Shown here piece by piece: positions 27,562 to 37,331 of a stretch of 64,000 bases of DNA. A program made the position numbers and the translations under genes. The notes under the pieces were generated by a model, which did no database searches, was not told where the DNA came from, and was given only the letters and a program-made list of their open reading frames with translations. Source of the DNA: a virus; the IMG/VR virus record IMGVR_UViG_3300024999_000086, positions 1 to 64,000 of that record; one strand, written 5' to 3'. Position 1 is the first letter of the stretch; each line of letters begins with the position of its first letter.

Positions 27562-27823
27562 GCATCCTGATGTCGATACTTGCCTTTGTGGCCGTGTGGG
27601 TCTTGTCAGCGGTTGCGCATGAAGCTGACATGGCGCGGAACTTTAAAAAGACCGGCGATGCTAAGGCATGGTTCTTTGAAATAAAGGGAAGGCGATGACC
27701 ACCCTGACAAAACAATACCTTGCTCTGTCCGCTGCTGTCCTTGGTTTTCTAGCCGCTTTTGTGGTGGCCTGGAACATGGAGGAATGGGTGCCGGAATGGG
27801 TGTTTCGGGTGGTTGGGGTGTAG
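27558..27823 (+). CDS. Two coupled small membrane ORFs (27558-27698, 27695-27823)
   Basis: Overlapping ends, hydrophobic N-termini; below ORF-track cutoff. Confidence 0.5.
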
Positions 27824-27824
27824 A

Positions 27825-28031
27825 GTGAAGTTCATTCTCTCTGCCGGTCCATCCTGCACCGGATGTCGCACATGCGAAAAATGGCTGCCTGGATTCATCG
27901 GATTGCACAATGGTAGGCAGCGGATAACAGAGCACTGGATGAACAAGGCCAGCGTAGCCCTGGCAATTGACAGGGCAGCCCGTAACTGCCCCACTGATTC
28001 AATAATCCTGGAGACGTTGGATGTCTTATAA
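27825..28031 (+). CDS. Single-cluster ferredoxin-like protein (68 aa)
   Basis: CTGCRTC..WLP ... AARNCPTDSI matches the CxxCxxC...CP Fe-S pattern. Confidence 0.65.
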   Translation: MKFILSAGPSCTGCRTCEKWLPGFIGLHNGRQRITEHWMNKASVALAIDRAARNCPTDSIILETLDVL

Positions 28032-28395
28032 TAAGAATATTGTCGAGATCTGCCGGCTGATGTCGGAAGGCGTCGTGGTGTCACGTGAAGACTTCCAACT
28101 CGCCGTCTAGGCCACTGGTCTGTCCTCACGGGACATCTGTCGGGCGGAACTGCCCTTATTGTTTTGCTGTCCTGCGGGTGGGGCAGGCCCAGGGACAGCT
28201 GACCTTTATCGATTTTTCGAGCTTTGATCATCGGAAGCGGGCTCCACAAGGATCCGGGAATGGCTGGAGGTAGGTGGACGATGACGAAAGAAAATACCCC
28301 CATCTTGACTCTGACGAGACTGCTGCTCTATTCCTGTTCCACCTGGGAACAATATTGCTCCGACCTCGAGTACATCAAGGACTTCAGGAGAAGAA

Positions 28396-28902
28396 ATGAA
28401 TTTTCCGGAAACATTTTTATTCGCGATGGTGTTTCTTTTCAAGGAGGAAGGCGGGACTAACGCCGACCCTCTGGACCGCGGGGGCTTCACAAACTTCGGT
28501 CTTTCACAGAAACAGTATCCGAACCTTGACCTGAAGAATATCACCCGGGAACAGGCCCTCGAGATCTACTACCTCGACTACTGGATCAGCCAGAAGTGCC
28601 ACATGTTCTTGTCACCGATCGCTGTAGCGCTGTTTGATTCCTCAGTGAACTGTGGCCCGGGGACCGCGGCGAAGTGGCTGCAGAAGTCAATCAACCAAGG
28701 GAACAACTTCCTCACCGTCGACGGGGTCATCGGCCCCAAGACGATCCTGGCATCGACCGGCCCCCCGCCGTACAGAGTGGCCGGGGGGCTGATCGGTTAT
28801 CGAGTGAGTCACTATGCGGATCTTCTTGACCGGTATCCTGAGCAAGTGCGGTTTATCAAAGGGTGGAACCGCCGGGCTGGCCGGCTGTTGAATTATATTT
28901 GA
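28396..28902 (+). CDS. Endolysin, glycoside hydrolase family 108 with PG-binding domain
   Basis: EGG..DP.DRGG.TNFG, FDSSVN.G, DGVIGPKT, F.KGW.RR. Confidence 0.92.
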   Translation: MNFPETFLFAMVFLFKEEGGTNADPLDRGGFTNFGLSQKQYPNLDLKNITREQALEIYYLDYWISQKCHMFLSPIAVALFDSSVNCGPGTAAKWLQKSINQGNNFLTVDGVIGPKTILASTGPPPYRVAGGLIGYRVSHYADLLDRYPEQVRFIKGWNRRAGRLLNYI

Positions 28903-29245
28903 GGCAGCTTGCCCGACTGCCGGATCTCGTTGGCTTTCTTCTTGGCCCGCTTGTAGATCCTGCGGCCCTCGCTGGCGACAATCTGCAACGTCCGAGGATG
29001 CCTGAACCTCTTGGGGTCGTCGACGTTGACGTTGACGTCTCTGAGAGCCTTACGCAGTTTCTTGCTCGATTTTCCGCTCACTTTTTGGCCTCCTGCATCG
29101 CTTTCAGAATTTTAGCCATCTCCCCAGCCTTCTTCAACCGGGCCTGATTGAACGCCGACGTTATCATAAAGGTGCAGATATAGAGCCAAGCCGGAACCAG
29201 GAAAAACAGCCCGAGAACGACCCCGACAAAATCAAACCATGCCAT
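28893..29245 (-). CDS. Two small hypothetical genes (28893-29081 basic; 29078-29245 TM)
   Basis: Coupled ORFs ending the leftward operon. Confidence 0.55.
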
Positions 29246-29720
29246 ACATCTGCCTCTCATATTTTGTTGGTTCAGGGATCCGCTTCAGGACGTGATCCCG
29301 AGGTTTACCGCCAAGACTTCCCCAGTCTGACCGGGCTTCCAGCCCCCCGGCCTGGACCTTCATACTGTTCTCGACCAGTTTGCCGACGACCCACGTCCGC
29401 GGGCTGCCAGCGCCGTGCTTGTTGACCCTCTTGGAGAATGCCTGAACAGTGATCTTCAGCTTCTCAGCGCAGAAGGCATAGGTCTGGGTGCCCCACTCAG
29501 GGGTCTGGATCTTCCGAGAAATAACCGGATCCTTGGCGCTGTGCTTCCTGAGCTTGACGTACCGGTCCCAGAGTGGCCGGCCGTCGGATACCCAGCGACA
29601 CATTACCGGGCCGGTGACGCCGACGATATCCGCGGCTGCTTGCCTTGTCGTCTCGCCCGACCTTATTTGGTCCTCGAGGTCGTCAAGGAGTTCTTTTGTC
29701 AGTCTTCTATTCAATCTCAT
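29232..29720 (-). CDS. HTH DNA-binding protein
   Basis: TRQAAADIVGVTGPVMCRW HTH plus a second HTH-like segment. Confidence 0.6.
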   Translation of the reverse strand: MRLNRRLTKELLDDLEDQIRSGETTRQAAADIVGVTGPVMCRWVSDGRPLWDRYVKLRKHSAKDPVISRKIQTPEWGTQTYAFCAEKLKITVQAFSKRVNKHGAGSPRTWVVGKLVENSMKVQAGGLEARSDWGSLGGKPRDHVLKRIPEPTKYERQMYGMV

Positions 29721-30118
29721 ATGTTCTCCACCGGGGTTGCTTCCTCAACTATACAGCTTGTCAAAATAATTTTGCCAAACTCTCCTGTAGCAGCATCACA
29801 AACAGCAATAAACCCCCACCGTTTTTCTCTAGACAAACGGACCCCTGTTGAATACCTGGCAATTTCACCAGTTATTTCGATTGTCCCCAGAAGAATTTCT
29901 CCGCCAAGAGCCACACGAGCGGTGTCAGCTATGCTCAAATCGAATCGCCAGAGTCCACCATCTTTTGAGTTCATCGCAAAACTCAAATTCCCAGAGACAG
30001 CAATTTGGTCACCGATACAAATACGATTCAGGGCAACAAGATTTTCCCTCACTACAGCCAGAACGTCCTTTGGCCAATTTTTCTCCACTGAAAACTCAGG
30101 TTTCTCTTTTCTCATCAC
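29717..30118 (-). CDS. Hypothetical protein
   Basis: AGGAGG RBS, coupled. Confidence 0.6.
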   Translation of the reverse strand: MMRKEKPEFSVEKNWPKDVLAVVRENLVALNRICIGDQIAVSGNLSFAMNSKDGGLWRFDLSIADTARVALGGEILLGTIEITGEIARYSTGVRLSREKRWGFIAVCDAATGEFGKIILTSCIVEEATPVENI

Positions 30119-30124
30119 CCCTCC

Positions 30125-30742
30125 TCACATCATCAAGGTTGCGTTCGCGATCCGATCCACCAATTGGAAATCGTACCGCCGGTCAGCACAGTTGGTAATC
30201 TCTTCTTCGTGGCTCACGATCAGGAACTGCAAGTCGAACTCTTTCGACAGCATGCGCAGCATCTCTGCCGCTGCCGGCTGGAGGTCTTCAGACAGGTGTC
30301 GGAAAGGCTCATCCAGCAGGATGAACGGTGCCGTTGCTGACAACAGCCAGTAGCTGATCCGCAGGGTGAAGGAGGCGACGTCGGCAGCCCCGTGGCCGGC
30401 ACTCTCCAAAGGGTCGTAGTCCTCGCCGCCGCGGGAGAATAGCAGGTCGCACTCCGTCGAGTTCCTGCGCTCGACGAACTCAACCTTGAACTCGTAAGGG
30501 TCCGGGAAGATCAGCGACATCGCTTGGGTGACGATGTTTGAGATCTTGTACTTGAGCTGCTCCTGAGTCATTGCCACCGCCCGCTGGATCAGGGCTCGGC
30601 AATCAATCGTGAGCATCAGGTGTCCCTGAGCGTCCGCGAGCCTCTCATCACAGCTTTTCAACTGCTGATTGAGATCCTCAATCTTCCAGAGCTTCTTGTC
30701 GATCTTCTCCTTGAACTCGGCGAGCTTAGAGGAGTGCGGCAT
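30125..30742 (-). CDS. SbcC/Rad50-like ABC ATPase, C-terminal half
   Basis: Signature-like SAGHG, Walker B ILLDEPFRHLS, H-loop IVSH. Confidence 0.85.
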   Translation of the reverse strand: MPHSSKLAEFKEKIDKKLWKIEDLNQQLKSCDERLADAQGHLMLTIDCRALIQRAVAMTQEQLKYKISNIVTQAMSLIFPDPYEFKVEFVERRNSTECDLLFSRGGEDYDPLESAGHGAADVASFTLRISYWLLSATAPFILLDEPFRHLSEDLQPAAAEMLRMLSKEFDLQFLIVSHEEEITNCADRRYDFQLVDRIANATLMM

Positions 30743-30962
30743 AGCGGGTCTCCAAGTCCTTAACGGCGGAGTCGATCTCGACGTCGAGCTTGTCCAGTTC
30801 CTTGTCCATTTTCTCAATAGCCTTGTCGGCCTCAGGCACAGTGTCATAGCCCAACGTCTTCAACTGATCAAACGCTGACTCCAACTGGCCCTCGACCTTG
30901 GCCTTCTCCTTCTGCTTCTCTTCCAATACCGACTTCAACTTCTTCAGTTTCTCAAGACTCAT
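30726..30962 (-). CDS. Small coiled-coil protein
   Basis: GGAG RBS; heptad pattern; coupled to the SbcC C-half. Confidence 0.7.
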   Translation of the reverse strand: MSLEKLKKLKSVLEEKQKEKAKVEGQLESAFDQLKTLGYDTVPEADKAIEKMDKELDKLDVEIDSAVKDLETRYAALL

Positions 30963-30988
30963 TTAACCGCTCCTTTTAGTACTCAAAC

Positions 30989-32597
30989 TTAGTCTATTGA
31001 TCTATTCCAGATAGCATCATCAATCCAAATTCCGACCTTTAAAGCTTTCTTGATCTTCTTTGTTACTTTATCAGAGGGGGGAGGAATAATAAGCAATACT
31101 TCAATCTTGACGAGAGTAACGATCTCTTGTGTAGACTCAAAAGATCCCTTTATAAAAACCTTATAAGGCTCAAACTCAGTTACGCACCCATAGGCTTTAT
31201 ATTTTTTCATCTCAAACCCTCCAGATTTTCAAGTAGATCTTCCAACACTCTGATCGTATCTTGCATGGCTTCTTTTGAATGTGCAGAAATAGCAGGATCA
31301 AGAGTCATACCGCGTAGCATATTAGCGGTACCCTGGATCAACAGAAGAGTTTCTTCCCCACATCTCTCACAGAGTATGACTGCTCCAGTTCCGCTCCTCA
31401 CCGCATGACACCTTTGACACACTATACTCATAGTTGGCTCCCTGACCACAGGCTAGGCCGGATACAATTCCGGGTTTTTAGGGACATGGCAATAATCTTT
31501 TTTGGAGCAGGCAGCACATTGCTCAGGAATATACACTGGCACATTATCGCAGGCACAATCGGGTCCTTCGCCCGATTCAGTTAATTCAAGACAATCTGCA
31601 CAACAGCACCCCTCAATCCCGCCAACATTTTGGGGATTATACTCACAGTATACACAATGCTTGGAGAGTTGACCTGAGCCTTTCTCCGTTACCGGGCACC
31701 CCGCAAAAAGTAGTGGCTCTCTTTCATAAAAATGACAATCGAATTTATTCATTTTGTTTCCCTTGATAATGGTCTGTTAAAGCGCACTCGCAATACCCTC
31801 CCATCCGTCAGGAGAATACTCCCCATCATTTCCCCATGCCCACAGCAGGAGGCATCTGTTGGAATATTCGCAGCATTGAGCGCGGCGACGATATCGGAAA
31901 TGCAGATATCAATTCCCTGGACCCTCCCGTTTAGTGGCATCGGCACTTGGCACCTGTATTCACCAACCGGGGTGCATTCAATTGGTCTCAGCCCGGAAGA
32001 GTGTGGCGGCTCGCCACACTGCCCATTATCAGTCGTATTGCACCAGTCTGCATCAACGCATTGTGCAGCTAGTTCGTCGGGACAATCTCCGACCCCACCG
32101 CATAGATATCTTTTTTTGAGTTTTTCAATTTTACGATGGCCCCACCAAATTCCACATTTGTTGCAAATTTTTATACCGACATTGCGTACATTATCACTGC
32201 CGCATTTCGGACACTTCACCTCCACCCCTCCTTCGGAAAATGCATCAGTGTTGTCAATGGTTCCTGCGTCTGGATTCATTACCATCCTATCCCCCTCCCT
32301 AGCTGTTAATGCTTCTGTCCCATGAAACCACACTGGAACGTTATCATAACCTAATATTTTCAACCTTCTATTGATGCAAGAAATACAAAGAATACCACAC
32401 TCGTCGTCACTTTCTGTTGGCTTAATTTTATTCCAGATATCATCGGCAACAACAGCTTCTATCCATGAATCGCTACCATAGACCATCCCGCAGTCATTAC
32501 AATGTGTATGTCCCATCTCGATAGTCGGGTCAATCACCATCCTTCGCAGCAGGAGGGCCACCCTATCAAGCAGCGCATAAAGTTCTTCAGTGTTCAT
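30989..32597 (-). CDS. Lower-GC cluster of hypothetical Cys-rich genes (30989-31210, 31207-31449, 31453-31752, 31749-32597)
   Basis: Coupled ORFs, three with CxxC motifs; visibly more AT-rich. Confidence 0.55.
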
Positions 32598-32607
32598 TTC
32601 AACTCTC

Positions 32608-32949
32608 CTATGATCCATAATCAATGGCGACGATCTTGCCATTTAACACTCCAAAACTGTCTCGCTTCATCTCGGCCGGTACCACATACTCACCACGTTC
32701 GCACCAGTCTTCTGGCACCTCACCCCACTCCTCGTCCGTCAGTGGCTGTGCCGTGCTCATCACAACAAGCCAGCCACCAGGGAGCGAGAACAACACCGGG
32801 CAAAGCTCAGGCCATCGGGTTGTCCAGAATAGTCGCTCCTGCATGTTCCCAAGCAGCCCCCACAAGAATGTCTGCCACGAGTGCATACTTGGGATCTTGA
32901 GAGCATAACTGCCGACAAGAAAAACAATCCTAGTAGCCCCGGTTTTCAT
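32608..32949 (-). CDS. Minimal protein-kinase-like fold protein
   Basis: GATR loop, YALK, NMQE, EMKRDSFG, IVAIDYG. Confidence 0.45.
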   Translation of the reverse strand: MKTGATRIVFLVGSYALKIPSMHSWQTFLWGLLGNMQERLFWTTRWPELCPVLFSLPGGWLVVMSTAQPLTDEEWGEVPEDWCERGEYVVPAEMKRDSFGVLNGKIVAIDYGS

Positions 32950-32951
32950 TA

Positions 32952-33881
32952 CTATCTCAAACCCTCCAGATTTTTTCGTGCCGTGGTTAATACTTCTCTT
33001 GTCATCGCCGCCAGCTTGACGTCGGCAACTTCTTCAACGACACCGTCAAGGATCTTGAAGAAGTCAGGCCGGTCTTCTTTCCTGGCCATGGCGTCTCGCA
33101 AGCCGTTGGTGCTGACGGAGATCTCGTGCTGGGCCTGTTTCTCCAGCCTCTCGTCGTTCCAGACGTCGCTCTTGACGTCAAGATAAAGGGGTGAGATCTC
33201 CGCGGTGTCGGTGTCGATCAAATATACCCGAGGCTGATAATCCCTTTTGTCAATGCTGGCCCGAAGCATGGGCCCGGGGTTAACCAGAAAGGCACCGTCA
33301 CGCTCGGCGATGAACGGTTCGTGATAGTCACCGGAAAGCACAAGGTCAAAGTTATACAAAGTCTCCAACGTCTTCTGTGCCGGCGTGGCGTCCTTCAGGA
33401 AAAACGGCGGCTCCCCAGGGGTGATTGTCCTGTGCAAGAGGAGGACGTCGACGATGTTGTCAGTCTTCTCCATGGGCATGGGGATGTCCTGACCCCAGCC
33501 GGCGCCGTAGAATCGGACGTTGCCGATACTGATGCCCAGGGCGCCGGGCACTTCAATGCCTCCACCGACGAGCAGCGTGTAATACGGCGAGGTCTGCAGA
33601 TTCAAGTTGTGGTAGGTCATATCGTGCTGCCCGTGACAGGCCAGGACCCGGACCTTCAACAACCTGATCATCTGCAGGACCTTGTTTGTCAATTGGTACG
33701 GGATCTTCGACAATTTCGACGTATCCCAGAGGTCCCCAGAGACGGTGAGGACCGCGTCGTGTTCCTTGACCAGAGCGAGGATCTGGCTGAACTTGTCGAG
33801 CACGGTAGCCTCGTAGTCGTCGATCCGATTAACCGGCCGAGCAGTCGTCATGTGGAAGTCGGCGCCAGCTATGATTTTCAT
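32952..33881 (-). CDS. SbcD/Mre11-like metallophosphoesterase nuclease
   Basis: ADFH, GDLWD, GQHD, LH, GDYH, NPG motifs. Confidence 0.9.
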   Translation of the reverse strand: MKIIAGADFHMTTARPVNRIDDYEATVLDKFSQILALVKEHDAVLTVSGDLWDTSKLSKIPYQLTNKVLQMIRLLKVRVLACHGQHDMTYHNLNLQTSPYYTLLVGGGIEVPGALGISIGNVRFYGAGWGQDIPMPMEKTDNIVDVLLLHRTITPGEPPFFLKDATPAQKTLETLYNFDLVLSGDYHEPFIAERDGAFLVNPGPMLRASIDKRDYQPRVYLIDTDTAEISPLYLDVKSDVWNDERLEKQAQHEISVSTNGLRDAMARKEDRPDFFKILDGVVEEVADVKLAAMTREVLTTARKNLEGLR

Positions 33882-34075
33882 ATCAGCCCCTTTTTCTCCG
33901 CCAGCCATTCCGGAATCACCAGTATCAGAGTTCCCTCAGGAGTATACTCGGTCTCGTCGTCGATCTGTGACTTGGGGATCCAGTAATCAGTCTCGTCATC
34001 GTCGGTGATGCAGATCGCCAAATCCGTCTCGGCCACCTGCCGGCAATAAATATCAACCATCTTAACGTCGGTCAT
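33878..34075 (-). CDS. Small conserved phage protein
   Basis: WIPKSQI...IPEWLAEKKGL motif. Confidence 0.7.
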   Translation of the reverse strand: MTDVKMVDIYCRQVAETDLAICITDDDETDYWIPKSQIDDETEYTPEGTLILVIPEWLAEKKGLI

Positions 34076-34362
34076 ATCACCCCCCGATTTTTCATTGAGG
34101 GTGCCAGCCGCGCTTTCTTGATCACCCGCTTCAGGACAAGGTAACCGATAAGGTCAAGTTCGGTATCATCGCCTTGGTACTCGTTGCCTTTGGCAATGCG
34201 ACTGAGCTTGTCGTCGATCCGAATATTGATCTGTTCCAAAGGGTCGGCCTTGGAGAATATCCTGACCGGCTCGGCCGCGGAATTTCCGTATGCCTGATTC
34301 TTCGCCAGAAGGAAATCCTTCAGGGCCTCACACTCCTGCTCGATCAGTTCTTGCATGTTCAT
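34072..34362 (-). CDS. DUF1599-like (nucleotide-modification-associated) protein
   Basis: KN.AYGNS...RIDDKLSRI...DT.LDLIGY. Confidence 0.7.
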   Translation of the reverse strand: MNMQELIEQECEALKDFLLAKNQAYGNSAAEPVRIFSKADPLEQINIRIDDKLSRIAKGNEYQGDDTELDLIGYLVLKRVIKKARLAPSMKNRGVI

Positions 34363-35546
34363 CAACAGCACTCCTCAGTAAATTTGTTTCCACACACCGG
34401 GCAGACGCCGAGGTTGACTTTAAGGTCCTCATAGGCCTCTTCAGCATCGACCAGGGCAAGCTCGGCCGCCTTCAGTTTGCCCTGCCATTTATCAACCGCG
34501 ACCAAGGCGCCACGCAGGGTAGACCTACCGGCGATCAGGTCACGCCTCTTAATCTCAAAGCCCTCAACGTCTGGCATAGCGTCGACGTCGGGCAGGACGT
34601 CGAGTTTCTCCTGAAGTTGAACTATGCGTTGACGTATCTCAACAAGGTTCTTTCGAGTCAGCCCCGTTGCGACACGAGTGTCGCACAGGTCAATCCCGAC
34701 CTCGACGTCGGAGATGCTGATCTCCGGAAAGAGCCTCAAGGTGTCCTGCAGAGTCGTGACCTTCTCTGCCGCGGCAACTAAAGCGTTTCCCCGGGTGAAG
34801 AAATCGTCACGACGTTGCTGCCGGGTGATGACTTCCTCGATCTGTGTCAATCCTGACATATCCGGAAACTGGTTAAGCTTGGTGCTGATATCAGTGATGT
34901 CGTCCATAACGCTGAGAAGCTGCCCTTTAGCTGAAAAAACCTTGCTATATGCCTCCTGCAGGCCAACCCCCTGGTCAACCAGTTCTTTCGCTTCAGGGAC
35001 CCAGGTCAGGCCCTCCAGTTGGTCCTTGATCCCAACGACCGACGTCTTGATGACGTTGACGTCGCCGTCGGCGTCTCGCACAAGAGCGTTTACGGTCTTT
35101 AACGACTCATCCATGATACTCAGGTCAGCGACCTCGTTCAGCCGCTTGGCCACGTTTCCCCCAGTTTCATCCAGAAGAAAATAGTGATGCAGCTGCCACT
35201 GGCAGTTGTCCAGAGTGACCCCGTGAAACTTACTGACCTCGGCCGGGACGTCGGTCTTCAGCGCCTTGAAGACGTCACCGTTGAGCTGGTACTGGTTCAC
35301 CTTTGGACCTCGCTCCCGAATCAAGACGTCGCCGGTGTCGTAGGTCAGAGTCACCCGCGTCGTGCCCTTGCGGTCCAGCATAAAGTTCCCTTTGGGCGCC
35401 CGGTTGAAGAACACCCACCGCAACGCCCGGACCAACGACGACTTCCCGGAGTCGCTCGACCCGGTGATCAGGGTGATCGCGTCAAGTTCAATCTCAGTGT
35501 GCCGGTGCGCTTGAAAGTTCTCAAGCAGGATCTTGGTGAGTTTCAT
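34362..35546 (-). CDS. SbcC/Rad50-like ATPase, N-terminal half ending in zinc hook
   Basis: ENFQAH, Walker A GSSDSGKS, coiled coil, terminal CPVCG. Confidence 0.88.
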   Translation of the reverse strand: MKLTKILLENFQAHRHTEIELDAITLITGSSDSGKSSLVRALRWVFFNRAPKGNFMLDRKGTTRVTLTYDTGDVLIRERGPKVNQYQLNGDVFKALKTDVPAEVSKFHGVTLDNCQWQLHHYFLLDETGGNVAKRLNEVADLSIMDESLKTVNALVRDADGDVNVIKTSVVGIKDQLEGLTWVPEAKELVDQGVGLQEAYSKVFSAKGQLLSVMDDITDISTKLNQFPDMSGLTQIEEVITRQQRRDDFFTRGNALVAAAEKVTTLQDTLRLFPEISISDVEVGIDLCDTRVATGLTRKNLVEIRQRIVQLQEKLDVLPDVDAMPDVEGFEIKRRDLIAGRSTLRGALVAVDKWQGKLKAAELALVDAEEAYEDLKVNLGVCPVCGNKFTEECC

Positions 35547-35555
35547 TTGGAGGCC

Positions 35556-35951
35556 TCATTTAATACTTTCTATGTACAGTTCAGCTCTAGGGGCTTCTTT
35601 ATCCACGCCACCAAACCGATAAACAACTTCGCTAATAATTTTCATATTATCATCCTTAATGAGACCAAGTTCAACAAGAGCATCATCTGTAAATTTTTGG
35701 ATAATAGAGCCCACATTGCCAAGATCAAACGCTCTACCAGTGGGAGGAAATATTGTGTAAATAAACCGAAATGGTGGGACAGGAGGATCGCCCCCAGGTA
35801 GCGCCCGCCGGACATGTTCTAACATCTCTTTCTTCGCAGCATTGAGTGTAAAATGATAAGAATTTCTGTAGATATTAAGATTGAGGATAATCTTCTTGTC
35901 CTCCCTCGTTTTCCTGGGGATCATTACTTCAAGGGGCAGTATAAGTTTCAT
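35556..35951 (-). CDS. RusA-like Holliday junction resolvase
   Basis: DLGN...K...DAL...G.IKDDN. Confidence 0.8.
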   Translation of the reverse strand: MKLILPLEVMIPRKTREDKKIILNLNIYRNSYHFTLNAAKKEMLEHVRRALPGGDPPVPPFRFIYTIFPPTGRAFDLGNVGSIIQKFTDDALVELGLIKDDNMKIISEVVYRFGGVDKEAPRAELYIESIK

Positions 35952-36573
35952 CTATCACCTCATACTCCATAGTGGTTTTATTAAATTTTAACACACCCAT
36001 CTGCAATAAACGTTTCACACACTTTTCCAATGACCCATGAGATATATTATGTTCTCTTACACTAGTAATTACTAGATTATCTGGATCATTACTCTGCATA
36101 TCACAATCAATGTGATGAATAAGTTCCGTTGGCAAAAGATATCTACCTATAACTTTCTCCATCACCAACCTGTGTTGTGCTACAAAACCCTTTCTTGCGT
36201 GTGGGTGATCCGGAGCATACTCCAAGAGATGCCCTCCGTTTTTACCTCTCTTTGGTTTCACGCCCCCAGCCCATTTATAGTTCAATTCTCCAGTTCTACC
36301 AATTTTCCTGCATTCGGAACTGCAGTATCTTTTTTTATACTTCTTACCCGGCCCCTGCCGATATTTGAGTATCTCTTTCCCACAGGTTGCACAGTTTGTT
36401 TTTATGAAGTATTGATTACGCGATTTGCCCCGGTAAGGCATTCTTATTTTATAAATGTTATCTCGTACATGGGTTAACACACCCAAAGGGACTATAGATG
36501 GCTTTCCTGGAGGCATGCTATTTACCCCACTGGGTGAGAAGCCTAGCAAGGCAGCCGCTGATGCCCGGGTCAA
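35929..36573 (-). CDS. HNH homing endonuclease
   Basis: QHRLVME..IGR.L...E.IHHID...SN.PDNL; low GC. Confidence 0.85.
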   Translation of the reverse strand: MTRASAAALLGFSPSGVNSMPPGKPSIVPLGVLTHVRDNIYKIRMPYRGKSRNQYFIKTNCATCGKEILKYRQGPGKKYKKRYCSSECRKIGRTGELNYKWAGGVKPKRGKNGGHLLEYAPDHPHARKGFVAQHRLVMEKVIGRYLLPTELIHHIDCDMQSNDPDNLVITSVREHNISHGSLEKCVKRLLQMGVLKFNKTTMEYEVIDETYTAP

Positions 36574-36585
36574 TCGCGAGAATAA

Positions 36586-36789
36586 TCATAGCTCGCCCTC
36601 CGGCATGTAGGTCGTCAGCATCTTGACCGAGGCCCTAATGGCGTGAGGTTTCTGTCCGATCGTCTCGACAATTGTATACTCAAACTGGACGTTGTCGATC
36701 CTGACGCTGTACTCGTTGAAGATCTCCTTGGCGAGTTCGTGCAGTTTCTTGTTGATAACTGCTTCTACCGACGTTGGCGTTGTTGTCAT
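36586..36789 (-). CDS. Hypothetical protein
   Basis: GAGGAG RBS. Confidence 0.6.
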   Translation of the reverse strand: MTTTPTSVEAVINKKLHELAKEIFNEYSVRIDNVQFEYTIVETIGQKPHAIRASVKMLTTYMPEGEL

Positions 36790-37331
36790 GGGGTCTCCTC
36801 AAGGGTTACATGTTTCCAGTTTCTGCCTGTACTGATTTGGGTTATAGTTGTTTTCTTAACTCTATACTTTTCTGACAATTGTTTATGAGAAAATTCGCCG
36901 GTGATTAACTGTTTTTTTATTTCAACAACTTGTTTATGTGTTAATTTAATATTTCCTTTTTTTAATACTCTAACAGAATGAATTCTGTTCTCTTCTGAAG
37001 TTACCCACTCTAAATTAGTTACATGATTATTTAGCTTATCTCCGTCGATATGATTAACTTCTCTACAACAATTTTGATTTAATAAAAATAACTGGGCAAC
37101 AAGTCTATGAATCCTGAACATCTGAGTGATGTTGTTTTTGCTAAGGTTAACAAATGCATATCCTGAGCCATTTACTCCTGGTGCAAGTATTTGGCCTTTT
37201 TGAACTCTCTCATACTTGGTCCCTTTGCAGCTTGTAAACTCAACAGATCGAAGCAAAGACTGGACTGTGCCATAATTGCTTACTTGATACCAACCCTCGT
37301 ATCCAGGAATGTCTTTCCACTCTTCAACCAT
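36786..37331 (-). CDS. NUMOD4 + HNH homing endonuclease
   Basis: EEWKDIPGYEG.YQVSNYG; IHRLVA..F...VNHIDG.K.NN...NLEW; low GC. Confidence 0.92.
   Translation of the reverse strand: MVEEWKDIPGYEGWYQVSNYGTVQSLLRSVEFTSCKGTKYERVQKGQILAPGVNGSGYAFVNLSKNNITQMFRIHRLVAQLFLLNQNCCREVNHIDGDKLNNHVTNLEWVTSEENRIHSVRVLKKGNIKLTHKQVVEIKKQLITGEFSHKQLSEKYRVKKTTITQISTGRNWKHVTLEETP

Noticed and set aside
28021-28227. Possible TAG read-through ORF (MSYNKNIVE...LAV*ATGLSS...)
   Set aside because: No recognisable motif supports it, and TAG is used as a normal stop elsewhere, so there is no evidence of recoding.
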